DNA of 62,340 bases, filler included, from Nemertoderma westbladi (lineage: Eukaryota; Animalia; Xenacoelomorpha), in the NCBI GenBank assembly GCA_032718475.1. It is 4 parts of 4 records of this genome, joined end to end, with 100 filler letters (N's around TTAATTAATTAA, not from the genome) between each part and the next. Parts side by side here need not be neighbours in the genome. Positions count along the whole stretch, not along the records: positions 1 to 18,994 come from JAUCBJ010007775.1; positions 19,095 to 43,484 come from JAUCBJ010004182.1; 2 more parts are not named here. One strand, written 5' to 3'. Under the pieces are notes generated by a model that was not told where the DNA came from, did not search any database, and saw only the letters and a list, made by a program, of their open reading frames with translations. Positions 11,201 to 23,599 of this stretch are shown piece by piece. Position 1 is the stretch's first letter, and each line of letters begins with the position of its first letter. The translations under genes were made by a program, and so were the position numbers.

Positions 11201-14200
11201 CATGGGCGTAACTGCAAAGTGAAATATAACAGCAGAAAGTCTGGTATTCTTCACATGGGCGTAACTGTAAAGTGAAATATAACGGCAGAAAGTCTGGGTA
11301 TTTTTCACATGGGGGTAACTGCAAAGTGAAATATAACAGCAGAAAGTCTGGTATTCTTCACATGGGCGTAACTGCAAAGTGAAATATAACGGCAGAAAGT
11401 CTGGGTATTCTTCACATGGGGGTAACTGCAAAGTGAAATATAAAGCAGAAAGTCTGGTATTCTTCACATGGGCGTAACTGCAAAGTGAAATATAACGGCA
11501 GAAAGTCTGGTATTCTTCACATGGGCGTAACTGCAAAGTGAAATATAACGACAGAAAGTCTGATATTCTTCACATGGGCGTAACTGCAAAGTGAAATATA
11601 ACGGCAGAAAGTCTGGTATTCTTCACATGGGCGTAACTGCAAAGTGAAATATAACGGCAGAAAGTCTGGTATTCTTCACATGGGCGTAACTGCAAAGTGA
11701 AATATAACAGCAGAAAGTCTGGTATTCTTCACATGGGCGTAACTGCAAAGTGAAATATAACGGCAGAAAGTCTGGGTATTCTTCACATGGGGGTAACTGC
11801 AAAGTGAAATATAACAGCAGAAAGTCTGGTATTCTTCACATGGGCGTAACTGCAAAGTGAAATATAACGGCAGAAAGTCTGGGTATTCTTCACATGGGGG
11901 TAACTGCAAAGTGAAATATAACAGCAGAAAGTCTGGTATTCTTCACATGGGCGTAACTGCAAAGTGAAATATAACGGCAGAAAGTCTGGTATTCTTCACA
12001 TGGGCGTAACTGCAAAGTGAAATATAACGACAGAAAGTCTGGTATTCTTCACATGGGGGTAACTGCAAAGTGAAATATAACAGCAGAAAGTCTGGTATTC
12101 TTCACATGGGCGTAACTGCAAAGTGAAATATAACGGCAGAAAGTCTGGGTATTCTTCACATGGGGGTAACTGCAAAGTGAAATATAACAGCAGAAAGTCT
12201 GGTATTCTTCACATGGGCGTAACTGCAAAGTGAAATATAACGACAGAAAGTCTGGTATTCTTCACATGGGCGTAACTGCAAAGTGAAATATAACGGCAGA
12301 AAGTCTGGTATTCTTCACATGGGCGTAACTGCAAAGTGAAATATAACGGCAGAAAGTCTGGTATTCTTCACATGGGCGTAACTGCAAAGTGAAATATAAC
12401 GGCAGAAAGTCTGGTATTCTTCACATGGGCGTAACTGCAAAGTGAAATATAACGGCAGAAAGTCTGGTATTTTTCACATGGGCGTAACTGCAAAGTGAAA
12501 TATAACGGCAGAAATCCTGGTACAAACTCCGCTACTAATGATAACTTTCCTACTAAACTTCTAAGAACCATTGCTGAACCACTTGCTCACCACCTTACTT
12601 ACCTAATTAACCTATCTATTACTATTGGAAACTTTCCTGATTGCCTAAAATATGCTAAAATAATACCAAACTATAAGGGGGGTGATCCACTCGATCCAAA
12701 TAACTATCGCCCAATTTCTCTCTTACCGGTATTTAGCAAAATTTATGAACAAATTATATATTCCCAACTTCAAAACTACCTCGAACGCTTTTCAATTTTA
12801 ACATCACGACAGTTCGGCTTCAGGAAAAAAATATCAACATCATATGCCATATTAACGGTTACTGAAAAAATTCGATCTATACTGGACTCTAAAAACTCAG
12901 CCTGTGCTATCTATATCGACTTGAAAAAAGCATTCGATACATTAGATCACAACATTTTATTAAAAAAATTAGATACATATGGAATCCGCGGAACACCAAA
13001 AAATTTATTTCAAAGCTTTTTATCAAACCGGTCACAATCTGTTTCTCTAAATAACTGTCTTTCACCGCCTTTGCATCTGAGTTGTGGCACTCCCCAAGGT
13101 TCGGTATTATCACCACTACTCTTCTTACTATATATCAATGATCTACCTAACGCTTCTAACCTTCTGACCACCCTCTTCGCTGATGACACAACCCTTCTTC
13201 ATAGCCACAAAGATCTTGAACTACTAATTACTACTGCTAACTACGAGCTAGACAAGATCTCTGATTGGCTAGTCGACAACCGCTTATCACTAAACCTAAC
13301 TAAAACAGAATATTTCATATCCAGTAATCAACGGCACGACTGCTTACCGAAAATAAAAATAAAAAACAATAATATTAAACAGGTGGAGTGTGCGAAATTT
13401 CTAGGTGTATTGATGGACCGAAAACTAAATTGGAAATCACATATTAATTATATCCTCGCTAAAATTTGCAAAACATCAGGCATTTTTTATAAATTAAGGC
13501 ACATATTTCCCCTTGAAATTCTTCGCACACTCTACTTCTGTCTCGTACATCCGTATATTACATACTCTATATTAGCATGGGGTTCCACACATACAACGAC
13601 AATACGCCCGCTTAGAATCAAAATTAATAAAATAATTCGCTGCATAACTTTTAGCCACTACCAAGCTTCCTCTATCCCTATTTACAGATCATTAAATATT
13701 CTCCCCCTTGAATCTCTATTTAAATTTCACTTAGGCCAACTAGTTTTTGATGCTTTATCAAATACAAATCACCCTTTATCGACTCTATTTTCTAAATCAT
13801 CTGAATTTCATCATTACAACACCCGATCGTCCGCCTCAGGTAAACTAGTAATTCCTCTAACTCATCTACATGTCGCTCACCAATCTATCTCCGTGTTAGG
13901 ACCTTTATTTTGGAACAGTCTACCAAACAATATTATAAATATAAAATCCGCAACAATATTTAAACAAACATTAAAAAAACACCTGAAAGACAATATGACT
14001 TAAATAATATTAATATATAAATAAATAATTATAGTAATAATATAATAAAATAATACAATCATATTTAAAAAATAAAAATTAATCTATTAAGGGGCCGCAT
14101 GGTAGGATACTACACTTTTGGATTTATTATTTTAAATATTTAAAATTGACGAAATTAATTAAATACAATACAAATAATACTATAAATTCTGACAACCCGT

Positions 14201-17200
14201 GAGTACATATATTTTTACTACCCCCCCCCCCCCCCCCCCCCCAATTGGTTTAGCTGGAGGCCTTGACTAGCTCGGCTATTGCCACCAGCCATATAACCAG
14301 CCTGCACTTTTTAATATACATCTATACATATATATATCAATATTTCTATATTATAAGTGCGGTAAATAAATTTATATATATCTATCATGAAATAATATAA
14401 TAATTGAAATTGAAAAAAAAATTGAAATTGGTATTTTTCACATGGGCGTAACTGCAAAGTGAAATATAACGGCAGAAAGTCTGGTATTCTTCACATGGGC
14501 GTAACTGCAAAGTGAAATATAACGGCAGAAAGTCTGGTTTTCTTCACATGGGCGTAACTGCAAAGTGAAATATAACGACAGAAAGTCTGGTATTCTTCAC
14601 ATGGGGGTAACTGCAAAGTGAAATATAACGACAGAAAGTCTGGTATTCTTCACATGGGCGTAACTGCAAAGTGAAATATAACGGCAGAAAGTCTGGTATT
14701 CTTCACATGGGCGTAACTGCAAAGTGAAATATAACGGCAGAAAGTCTGGTATTCTTCACATGGGCGTAACTGCAAAGTGAAATATAACGACAGAAAGTCT
14801 GGTATTCTTCACATGGGCGTAACTGCAAAGTGAAATATAACGACAGAAAGTCAGGTATTCTTCACATGGGCGTAACTGCAAAGTGAAATATAACGACAGA
14901 AAGTCTGGTATTCTTCACATTAGCGTAACTGCAAAGTGAAATATAACGACAGAAAGTCTGGTATTCTTCACATGGGCGTAACTGCAAAGTGAAATATAAC
15001 GGCAGAAAGTCTGGTATTCTTCACATGGGCGTAACTGCAAAGTGAAATATAACGACAGAAAGTCTGGTATTCTTCACATGGGCGTAACTGCAAAGTGAAA
15101 TATAACGACAGAAAGTCAGGTATTCTTCACATGGGCGTAACTGCAAAGTGAAATATAACGACAGAAAGTCTGGTATTCTTCACATTAGCGTAACTGCAAA
15201 GTGAAATATAACGACAGAAAGTCTGGTATTCTTCACATGGGCGTAACTGCAAAGTGAAATATAACGGCAGAAAGTCTGGTATTCTTCACATGGGCGTAAC
15301 TGCAAAGTGAAATATAACGGCAGAAAGTCTGGTATTCTTCACATGGGCGTAACTGCAAAGTGAAATATAACGGCAGAAAGTCTGGTATTCTTCACATGGG
15401 CGTAACTGCAAAGTGAAATATAACGACAGAAAGTCTGGTATTCTTCACATGGGCGTAACTGCAAAGTGAAATATAACGACAGAAAGTCTGGTATTCTTCA
15501 CATGGGCGTAACTGCAAAGTGAAATATAACGACAGAAAGTCTGGTATTCTTCACATGGGCGTAACTGCAAAGTGAAATATAACGACAGAAAGTCTGGTAT
15601 TCTTCACATGGGCGTAACTGCAAAGTGAAATATAACGACAGAAAGTCTGGTATTCTTCACATGGGCGTAACTGCAAAGTGAAATATAACGGCAGAAAGTC
15701 TGGTATTCTTCACATGGGCGTAACTGCAAAGTGAAATATAACGGCAGAAAGTCTGGTATTCTTTACATGGGCGTAACTGCAAAGTGAAATATAACGGCAG
15801 AAAGTCTGGTATTCTTCACATGGGCGTAACTGCAAAGTGAAATATAACGGCAGAAAGTCTGGTATTCTTTACATGGGGGTAACTGCAAAGTGAAATATAA
15901 CCGCAGAAAGTCTGGTATTCTTTACATGGGCGTAACTGCAAAGTGAAATATAACGACAGAAAGTCTGGTATTCTTTACATGGGCGTAACTGCAAAGTGAA
16001 ATATAACGACAGAAAGTCTGGTATTCTTTACATGGGCGTAACTGCAAAGTGAAATATAACGGCAGAAAGTCTGGTATTCTTCACATGGGCGTAACTACAA
16101 AGTGAAATATAACGGCAGAAAGTCTGGTATTCTTTCATGGGCGTAACTGCAAAGTGAAATATAACGGCAGAAAGTCTGGTATTCTTTACATGGGGGTAAC
16201 TGCAAAGTGAAATATAACCGCAGAAAGTCTGGTATTCTTTACATGGGGGTAACTGCAAAGTGAAATATAACGGCAGAAAGTCTGGTATTCTTCACATGGG
16301 CGTAACTGCAAAGTGAAATATAACGACAGAAAGTCTGGTATTCTTCACATGGGCGTAACTGCAAAGTGAAATATAACGGCAGAAAGTCTGGTATTCTTCA
16401 CATGGGCGTAACTGCAAAGTGAAATATAACGGCAGAAAGTCTGGTATTCTTCACATGGGCGTAACTGCAAAGTGAAATATAACGGCAGAAAGTCTGGTAT
16501 TCTTCACATGGGCGTAACTGCAAAGTGAAATATAACGACAGAAAGTCTGGTATTCTTCACATGGGCGTAACTGCAAAGTGAAATATAACGACAGAAAGTC
16601 TGGTATTCTTCACATGGGCGTAACTGCAAAGTGAAATATAACGGCAGAAAGTCTGGTATTCTTCACATGGGCGTAACTGCAAAGTGAAATATAACGACAG
16701 AAAGTCTGGTATTCTTCACATGGGCGTAACTGCAAAGTGAAATATAACGACAGAAAGTCTGGTATTCTTTACATGGGCGTAACTGCAAAGTGAAATATAA
16801 CGGCAGAAAGTCTGGTATTCTTCACATGGGCGTAACTGCAAAGTGAAATATAACGACAGAAAGTCTGGTATTCTTTACATGGGCGTAACTGCAAAGTGAA
16901 ATATAACGGCAGAAAGTCTGGTATTCTTTACATGGGCGTAACTGCAAAGTGAAATATAACGGCAGAAAGTCTGGTATTCTTTACATGGGGGTAACTGCAA
17001 AGTGAAATATAACCGCAGAAAGTCTGGTATTCTTTACATGGGGGTAACTGCAAAGTGAAATATAACCGCAGAAAGTCTGGTATTCTTTACATGGGGGTAA
17101 CTGCAAAGTGATATATAACCGCAGAAAGTCTGGTATTCTTTACATGGGGGTAACTGCAAAGTGAAATATAACCGCAGAAAGTCTGGTATTCTTTACATGG

Positions 17201-17731
17201 GCGTAACTGCAAAGTGAAATATAACGGCAGAAAGTCTGGTATTCTTTACATGGGGGTAACTGCAAAGTGAAATATAACCGCAGAAAGTCTGGTATTCTTT
17301 ACATGGGCGTAACTGCAAAGTGAAATATAACGGCAGAAAGTCTGGTATTCTTTACATGGGCGTAACTGCAAAGTGAAATATAACGGCATAAAGTCTGGTA
17401 TTCTTTACATGGGGGTAACTGCAAAGTGAAATATAACGGCAGAAAGTCTGGTATTCTTTACATGGGGGTAACTGCAAAGTGAAATATAACGGCAGAAAGT
17501 CTGGTATTCTTTACATGGGCGTAACTGCAAAGTGAAATATAACGGCAGAAAGTCTGGTATTCTTTACATGGGGGTAACTGCAAAGTGAAATATAACGGCA
17601 GAAAGTCTGGTATTCTTTACATGGGCGTAACTGCAAAGTGAAATATAACGGCAGATAGTCTGGTATTCTTTACATGGGGGTAACTGCAAAGTGAAATATA
17701 ACGGCAGAAAGTCTGGTATTCTTTACATGGG
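8265..17731. repeat. 53-bp satellite DNA array, interrupted by a LINE at 12515-14428
   Basis: Unit GGTATTCTTCACATGGGCGTAACTGCAAAGTGAAATATAACGGCAGAAAGTCT, period 53 (GTAACTG at 8341 and 8394); roughly 140 highly similar head-to-tail copies. Confidence 0.97.
12515..14428 (+). mobile_element. 5'-truncated CR1/L2-group LINE inserted in the satellite; RT and C-terminus are open (ORF ends 14003)
   Basis: NNYRPISLL, QFGFR, YIDLKKAFD, GTPQGSVLSPLLFLLYINDL, LFADD; 3' UTR ends in an ATTGAA-type short-repeat tail at ~14403-14428; no endonuclease domain. Confidence 0.93.
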
Positions 17732-18217
17732 TCAGATAATCCCACCTCATATCTGATAAAAAAAATTATGATTCCTCTGAGATGGAGCGCACTTTACGCT
17801 AGATGCTATCTTATGTGAATAACCTAACCTACTGTAAGTCTGTAAGGTGTAATGCGTAAATAAATACAGTATAGTCAGTGATGTAATTCTTACCTCAATG
17901 ATATTTTAAATTTCAATACCTCTAGAACACAGAGCTGGAGATTTGTACTGTATATAGGAAAGGGAAAGTGCTGTAGAAGATACAAAAAAATACACCAGGA
18001 GTGCGAATACCCTAGGGACATTTAACCGGGGAGTGAAAATTTTATGTTACACCGGTAGTGCAAACAAACCATGGCCGTTACTAAGCCTAGCTAGATACGA
18101 TTAATACTGTAATACAGGATAGATGACTTGGAAGAAGTCATTTTGTTATACCTGTGCATCTTTTGAAGGTGTACCGGTATAATTCATCTGTGCCATATAT
18201 TCCTGATTCATTGAGAG

Positions 18218-18890
18218 TGTTCGCGCTTTCAGACTTTTGGCAGTTTAACCCACCAAATTAAGATGTCTTCTAGATATTAAATCAGTTTTTAGTCTATGAC
18301 AAGTATTTGATTCACTACACTAGTCGAAACCAATCCGTGCGCGACCATTCACCCGCTGGAGATTCCCGGGAGATTGGGTTCGACGGTTTAATTTTATTGC
18401 TATGTAAGCCTAATGTATTATTCGACTGACAGTATTATATAATCTCTGACAATATTATTCACCTTCGGGAATATTAACAGTTCCTTTAGGACGTGGCGCT
18501 TTATCTATATAAACAGAGTTATGACTTAAACTACTCACAACGATATGGCTTAATTATAATTCACATATATGGCGCATTCTTTAGGAATTGCTTCTTTAAC
18601 AGACTCACTCATACACAATGCTGCACAATACTGCACACTAATCTGCCAATCTTCACTGATTTTAGTCACATATAAAAGGAACACAGACTGACTCATGTAG
18701 GGTCTATCAAATAACATTAGATTCACTTCAAACCACTTTAACATAAGTCACAATCGTTTATCTGTAACCCTTCTCTCTTACCTTCGGTATATCAAGAATA
18801 TTGGGTTTCGGGGTTATTTATCGTTATTCCAAATATAATTATTCATCAACCATATTATGAAGAACTGACGGTAAATAGCAGTATAAAACA
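18218..18890. repeat. Dispersed ~670-bp repeat, copy 1 (inverted relative to 52383-53053); LTR-like termini
   Basis: Near-identical to the reverse complement of 52383-53053 (ORFs 18493-18675 and 52596-52778 are almost the same); ends TGTT...AACA; no TSD or PBS seen. Confidence 0.8.
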
Positions 18891-18994
18891 ACAATGAAAA
18901 CACTGATTGTTATGAGTTTGCAATGTTTCAGCAGTCAGCATGTATCATCAGTCAGCAGTGATTCCATGAGTTTGATCGGTATGTCAGTACCGGT

Positions 18995-19094
18995 NNNNNN
19001 NNNNNNNNNNNNNNNNNNNNNNNNNNNNNNNNNNNNNNTTAATTAATTAANNNNNNNNNNNNNNNNNNNNNNNNNNNNNNNNNNNNNNNNNNNN
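18995..19094. other. Artificial gap/linker
   Basis: 44 N + TTAATTAATTAA (stops in all six frames) + 44 N. Confidence 0.95.
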
Positions 19095-19096
19095 AG

Positions 19097-19276
19097 GAAG
19101 AATCAGAGGAGAGTAGCGATGACAGTGAGGAAGCATCAGAGGAGAATGACAATGAAAATGGACAGAAAATCAGAGTAGGGAATGGAAAAGTTATATCTCC
19201 AGCAACTGTTGTATATCGACCTAGGATTATGAACAGTAACAGTCGTACAGTTAATGCGAGACAGTGCAGAAGATAA
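19097..19276 (+). CDS. Possible acidic C-terminal end of an unknown ORF cut by the gap
   Basis: Open frame EESEESSDDSEEASEENDNENGQKIRV...RQCRR* begins at the gap edge; no family recognised. Confidence 0.25.
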   Translation, partial: EESEESSDDSEEASEENDNENGQKIRVGNGKVISPATVVYRPRIMNSNSRTVNARQCRR

Positions 19277-19660
19277 TTAGACAATTGAATGAAATGTTAC
19301 AATGTGTTATATCTTATATGTTACAATGTGTTATATCTTAAATGTTACTCTGCTATATGTATATGTATATGTGTTAATATTAAAAATATGAAAATAGTCG
19401 ACTATATTTCATTTTTCTTTTTCAACTTTGGATAAATAATATAGGGGTTAAACAAAGAACATCAAAACAGTTAAACAGTTACATTTAACATTTAGACAGT
19501 AAACAGTAACAGTAAACATTTACATGACCAGTTGCGGTGAATGGGGGCTTTTATAGAGGGAGGCTAGAATGGAGTTGTGAAAAAAGAATAATCTATTGTA
19601 AACCAGATGTTTCTTGAATTTTTCTCAGGCGTATTTAACAATAAAGTGGGTGAAGGTGAG

Positions 19661-20217
19661 GCTGTGGTTGTGGCTGTGGCTGTGGCTGTGGTTGTGGCTG
19701 TGGTCTGTGGTTGTGGCTGTGGCTGTGGTTGTGGCTTGTGGCTGTGGTTGTGGCTGTGGCTGTGGTTGTGGCTGTGGCTGTGGTTGTGGCTGTGGCTGTG
19801 GTTGTGGCTGTGGCTGTGGCTTGTGGCTGTGGCTGTGGTTGTGGCTGTGGTTGTGGCTGTGGTTGTGGCTGTGGCTGTGGCTGCGGTTGTGGCTGTGGCT
19901 GTGGCTGTGGCTGTGGTTGTGGCTGTGGCTGTGGTCTGTGGCTGTGGTTGTGGCTGTGGCTGTGGCTGTGGTTGTGGCTGTGGCTGTGGCTGTGGCTGTG
20001 GCTGTGGTTGTGGCTGTGGTTGTGGCTGTGGCTGTGGTGTGGCTGTGGCTGTGGCTGTGGCTGTGGTTGTGGCTGTGGCTTGTGGCTGTGGCTGTGGTTG
20101 TGGCTGTGGCTGTGGCTGTGGTTGTGGCTGTGGTTGTGGCTGTGGCTGTGGCTGTGGCTGTGGCTGTGGCTGTGGCTGTGGCTGTGGGCTGTGGTTGTGG
20201 TTGTGGCTGTGGCTGTG
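19661..20217. repeat. (GCTGTG/GTTGTG)n hexanucleotide microsatellite
   Basis: Directly visible; it produces the stop-free VA/CG/LW ORFs. Confidence 0.97.
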
Positions 20218-20288
20218 GGGAGTGCCTCAGGTCTTAAATCAGAGTCTTACAAATTCGAACGTTAACGAACAAATTCGAACGTTACTGT

Positions 20289-20360
20289 TCCACCTTGGTG
20301 TAGTGGTTGCTTTGAAATCACATCTCCAATAGGTCGTGGGTTCGATCCTCACATGGACCA
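20289..20360 (+). pseudogene. tRNA-derived sequence (SINE head or tRNA pseudogene)
   Basis: Pol III A box TGGTGTAGTGG and B box GGTTCGATCC at tRNA-like spacing; the anticodon arm does not fold cleanly. Confidence 0.55.
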
Positions 20361-21579
20361 GGGCAGTTTTTGTTCGATCGGCAATAGGCCTAACTATACA
20401 AAATGTAGTATTATTGCCTAGCAACCAATTCATAGCTACTGTATGATTTTCACTTTGAGACATTTCACCCTCTAGCAGCAGACTCGGATCTTCAGACTAC
20501 TCTGTTACTCCGCAAAAAGATATAGCCTATATTGTAATAGATACCGACTGGGGGGTCAAAATTAAGTAATAATATATCTAAAAAGTATCAAACACCTTGC
20601 CTCATGGCTCGCCCCTCAGAACTCTTAAGCAATATAGCTTCATAGTTTTTAATGAAAACTGGTAAACGAGATTTGTTACTTACGCATACCTCGCAGACTT
20701 AAGTAATTAATTATACAGTAGGTTACATCGTTTTGGGAGTAGGACCATTGGAAACAGCGCCCTCGAAAACCTCAGTACAAATAAAATTAATAAAGATTAA
20801 CAGGGTATAGCTTGTTATAATAAAACATAAATTATAATATGGTAGAACAATTCGGGTTGTAAATAAAAACAAATTCAATAAATTTAAGATAAACTGTATA
20901 TAACTTATGTATTAAATGAGGGCCTTATTTAATTATGTGCGGTTAGACGCGCGTGGACTGCTTCGCAATACAATGCGAAAGAATGCAAACTAATGCCATA
21001 CCAGATGTTTATTCTAATTTCTTGGTGAATTGTCGAGCTGTGGGTTTGAATAATTTAAGCTCTATGGCAGGCCCCATTCACGCAGGCCCCATTCACGCAT
21101 TGATGATTGGGTTAGTCATGCTATGGCTAATAAGAGCCCGAACAGCCACAGATTATTGAGGGGTTGAGCTAGGACCAAACTGGGGCCACTTTATTTTGGT
21201 GAAAGGGTATATTTATGTTTTGGGCCTCGATTGTGTCTTTATATTTAATTCTATCATTTTATTGTACGGCAAAAATAATACAAATGTATTGTATATTGTA
21301 ATGTACAGTGCCTATTGTATTGTATATTTCATTTGCTGTAGTACAATTTATTCATCTCGCGTCCCCCTATCTGATTGATTTGTATCAAATTAAATTGCCT
21401 TTGGCAACATTATTTGATACAAATCGATTGATTAAACAATTAATTAATTGTTTAATCGACCAATTAATTAATTGATTAATTAATTAATGACCTACTTAAC
21501 ACCCAAGGTGCGAAGTGGGTCTAAACTGTCGCCAAAGAGGGGTAACCATTACTACTAACCACCACCAATATCACCGAGG

Positions 21580-22360
21580 ATGACAGACCGGCGGCGGAGC
21601 AACCCGACCTCCTCCTCCGATCGTTATCTACATCGGCTCGGAATGACTCCATCTATGTTGCGCTGTGGGAGGCCATCGAGTCAGGGTTCCCTGCGATGTC
21701 CCGCCAACAGGCGGGAGTCCAACCCTACTGGTCCATTCAGGACGAATTATCAATCGATCGGGACCTGGTCCTCTACGGACACCGCATCATCATCCTGCGG
21801 GCAAACTGGCGGGATACGTTGGCGCACCTCCACTCCACACACCAGGGGGTTGAAAAGACCCTATGTCGGGCCCGCCAGACAGTCTACTGGCCGGGCATCA
21901 CTAACGATGTCTGGACAACCGTCTCCTCCTGCGAACCCTGCCTCACCCAATGGCCCAGCCTTGCTCAGGAACCCCTGCTGAGGGACCGTGAGGCCACACT
22001 GCCATTCCAGGAACTATCTGGAGATTTATTTTACCTCAATGGAAATAATTATCTCGCAGTCGCAGACAGATACTCCGGGTGGCCCGAGATCTATGGATAC
22101 ACCAGCCGCCCCACCCACCGCTGAACATGTACGGGACATATTCACACGGTTTGGTGTCCCCCAATGGTTTGGGTTGGATGGCGGCCCTCAATTCACCGAC
22201 GAGGCGTTTAAACATTTCTGACATACTTGGGGGGTCGAGCCCATCACCTCCTCCCCAGAATACCCGCAAAGCAATGGCCATGCGGATTCCACCATCAAGG
22301 CTCTCAAGGCGTTGCTCACAAAGACCGGGAGAAAACTGACTTTACCAGCGTTCCTGGAGT
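21580..22360 (+). mobile_element. Decayed Ty3/gypsy pol, 5' part (integrase Zn-binding domain and core)
   Basis: YWSIQDELS, LHSTHQGVEKTLCRARQTVYWPGITND..CEPC, DLFYLNGNNYLAVADRYSGW, FTRFGVP..DGGPQF, SSPEYPQSNGHAD; frameshift and stop present; cut after PAFLE. Confidence 0.9.
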
Positions 22361-23064
22361 TCCTTTCTTTAGTTTTACCTTGTCTATCGTCGCCCCTCCT
22401 CTGGCCTCCTTTAGCAGTTTCTGGGTCGCGTTGTAGGCCCGTCGAAGTCGATCAGAAACCCCGACGTCCTCGTCGCCGACCTCTTTTCCGTCTCTCCGGG
22501 TCCGGCGTCGTACCGTCGGCCCCACCGTCGCCGTTTCGGTGGGCCGCTCGTCGCCCTCGGCCTGTGGCTGGCCGGCGACATCGGTACCGACATCTCCTCC
22601 GTCTCTCCGGGTCCGGCGTCGTACCGTCGGCCCCACCGTCGCCGTTTCGGTGGGCCGCTCGTCGCCCTCGGCCTGTGGCTGGCCGGCGACATCAGTACGT
22701 CGACCCACGTGCCGTGTCGACTCGTCTCCTTCTCCTTCTAACTCGTTCTCTCGATCCTCCAACTCGACTCCCCCTCCTCTCGACTTGACTTCTGACTCCA
22801 GACGGCCCCCCTCATCCTGAACTTCCGGGTCACCCATTACCGATGGGTCCGGCGTTGTGTGCCTGTACCGTCTGGTTGCGGCCTCGCGGATCGTTAGCTC
22901 TTCGTCCGGGGTCCGCGTCGGTGTCGTCTCGCCTGACCGACTCATCTCCATTAACTCTAGATTGGTGGCTGGTAATCGCTGGGTTTAGTTGACTAGGGGA
23001 ACAGCTCGGATTTAATTACTGTGACGGGATCCAGGAAGGATCCCGGTTTATCCGGTTGTTTAGT
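22361..23064 (-). repeat. 704-bp direct repeat, copy B (matches 32251-32954)
   Basis: Offset 9890 bp; about 9 substitutions counted by eye; contains the leader, the gag start and an internal 111-bp tandem duplication. Confidence 0.93.
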
Positions 23065-23599
23065 ATCTATCTCTTCTCCACTCTCACCATAACTCTCTCA
23101 TACCCTCGGACATCCTCGTCCCTCACTCAGCCTCTTATTCTCCCCCCCCCACACTAGAATTGCGTCCGCACTCTCTCCGCACTTCGCACTATTACTCCGT
23201 CTCTCTTTGGCTACCTCATCCCTTCTGACGAGTCTCCCCCTCCTCTTGTGCCGTCGCACTCAAGAAGTGTGAAATCGTCTGGTGTCTCGTCCATAGTGCC
23301 ATAGTCAGTTATCCCCCCAGTCCCAGTAGCTAATTGAGAAAGGTTGTATGACTATAGTACTTACTCTGAACGTATATTTATTGCTAAACTACTGATCACT
23401 ACGTACGTACATATAATTGCACTTATTTAATTATTTTGCATCAGCTTAATTTGTACTTAATAGTTCATACGTCCCACGCGGCGCCTTCCAGGCGTACCAT
23501 GTCCAAGTCTCAGTTTCTCTCCCCCGGCCCTGGGAACCTATCTGTTCCTCTGGAGATAGTTCCCTCTGGCGTCCTCTTCCCTGGGTCGTTTCTTGGTTA

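Noticed and set aside
8265-17731. CRISPR array interpretation of the 53-bp repeats
   Set aside because: Units are head-to-tail with no unique spacers, there are no cas genes and the context is eukaryotic; the minus-strand ORFs here are repeat artefacts.
19607-20332. Long VA/CG/LW-rich ORFs
   Set aside because: Translations of a stop-free hexamer microsatellite.
20289-20360. Functional tRNA gene
   Set aside because: A and B boxes are present but the cloverleaf and anticodon arm are not intact.
23221-23290. Hammerhead-like CTGACGA...GAAA near the element's 3' end
   Set aside because: Stems I and II do not pair, and it lies on the antisense strand of the element.
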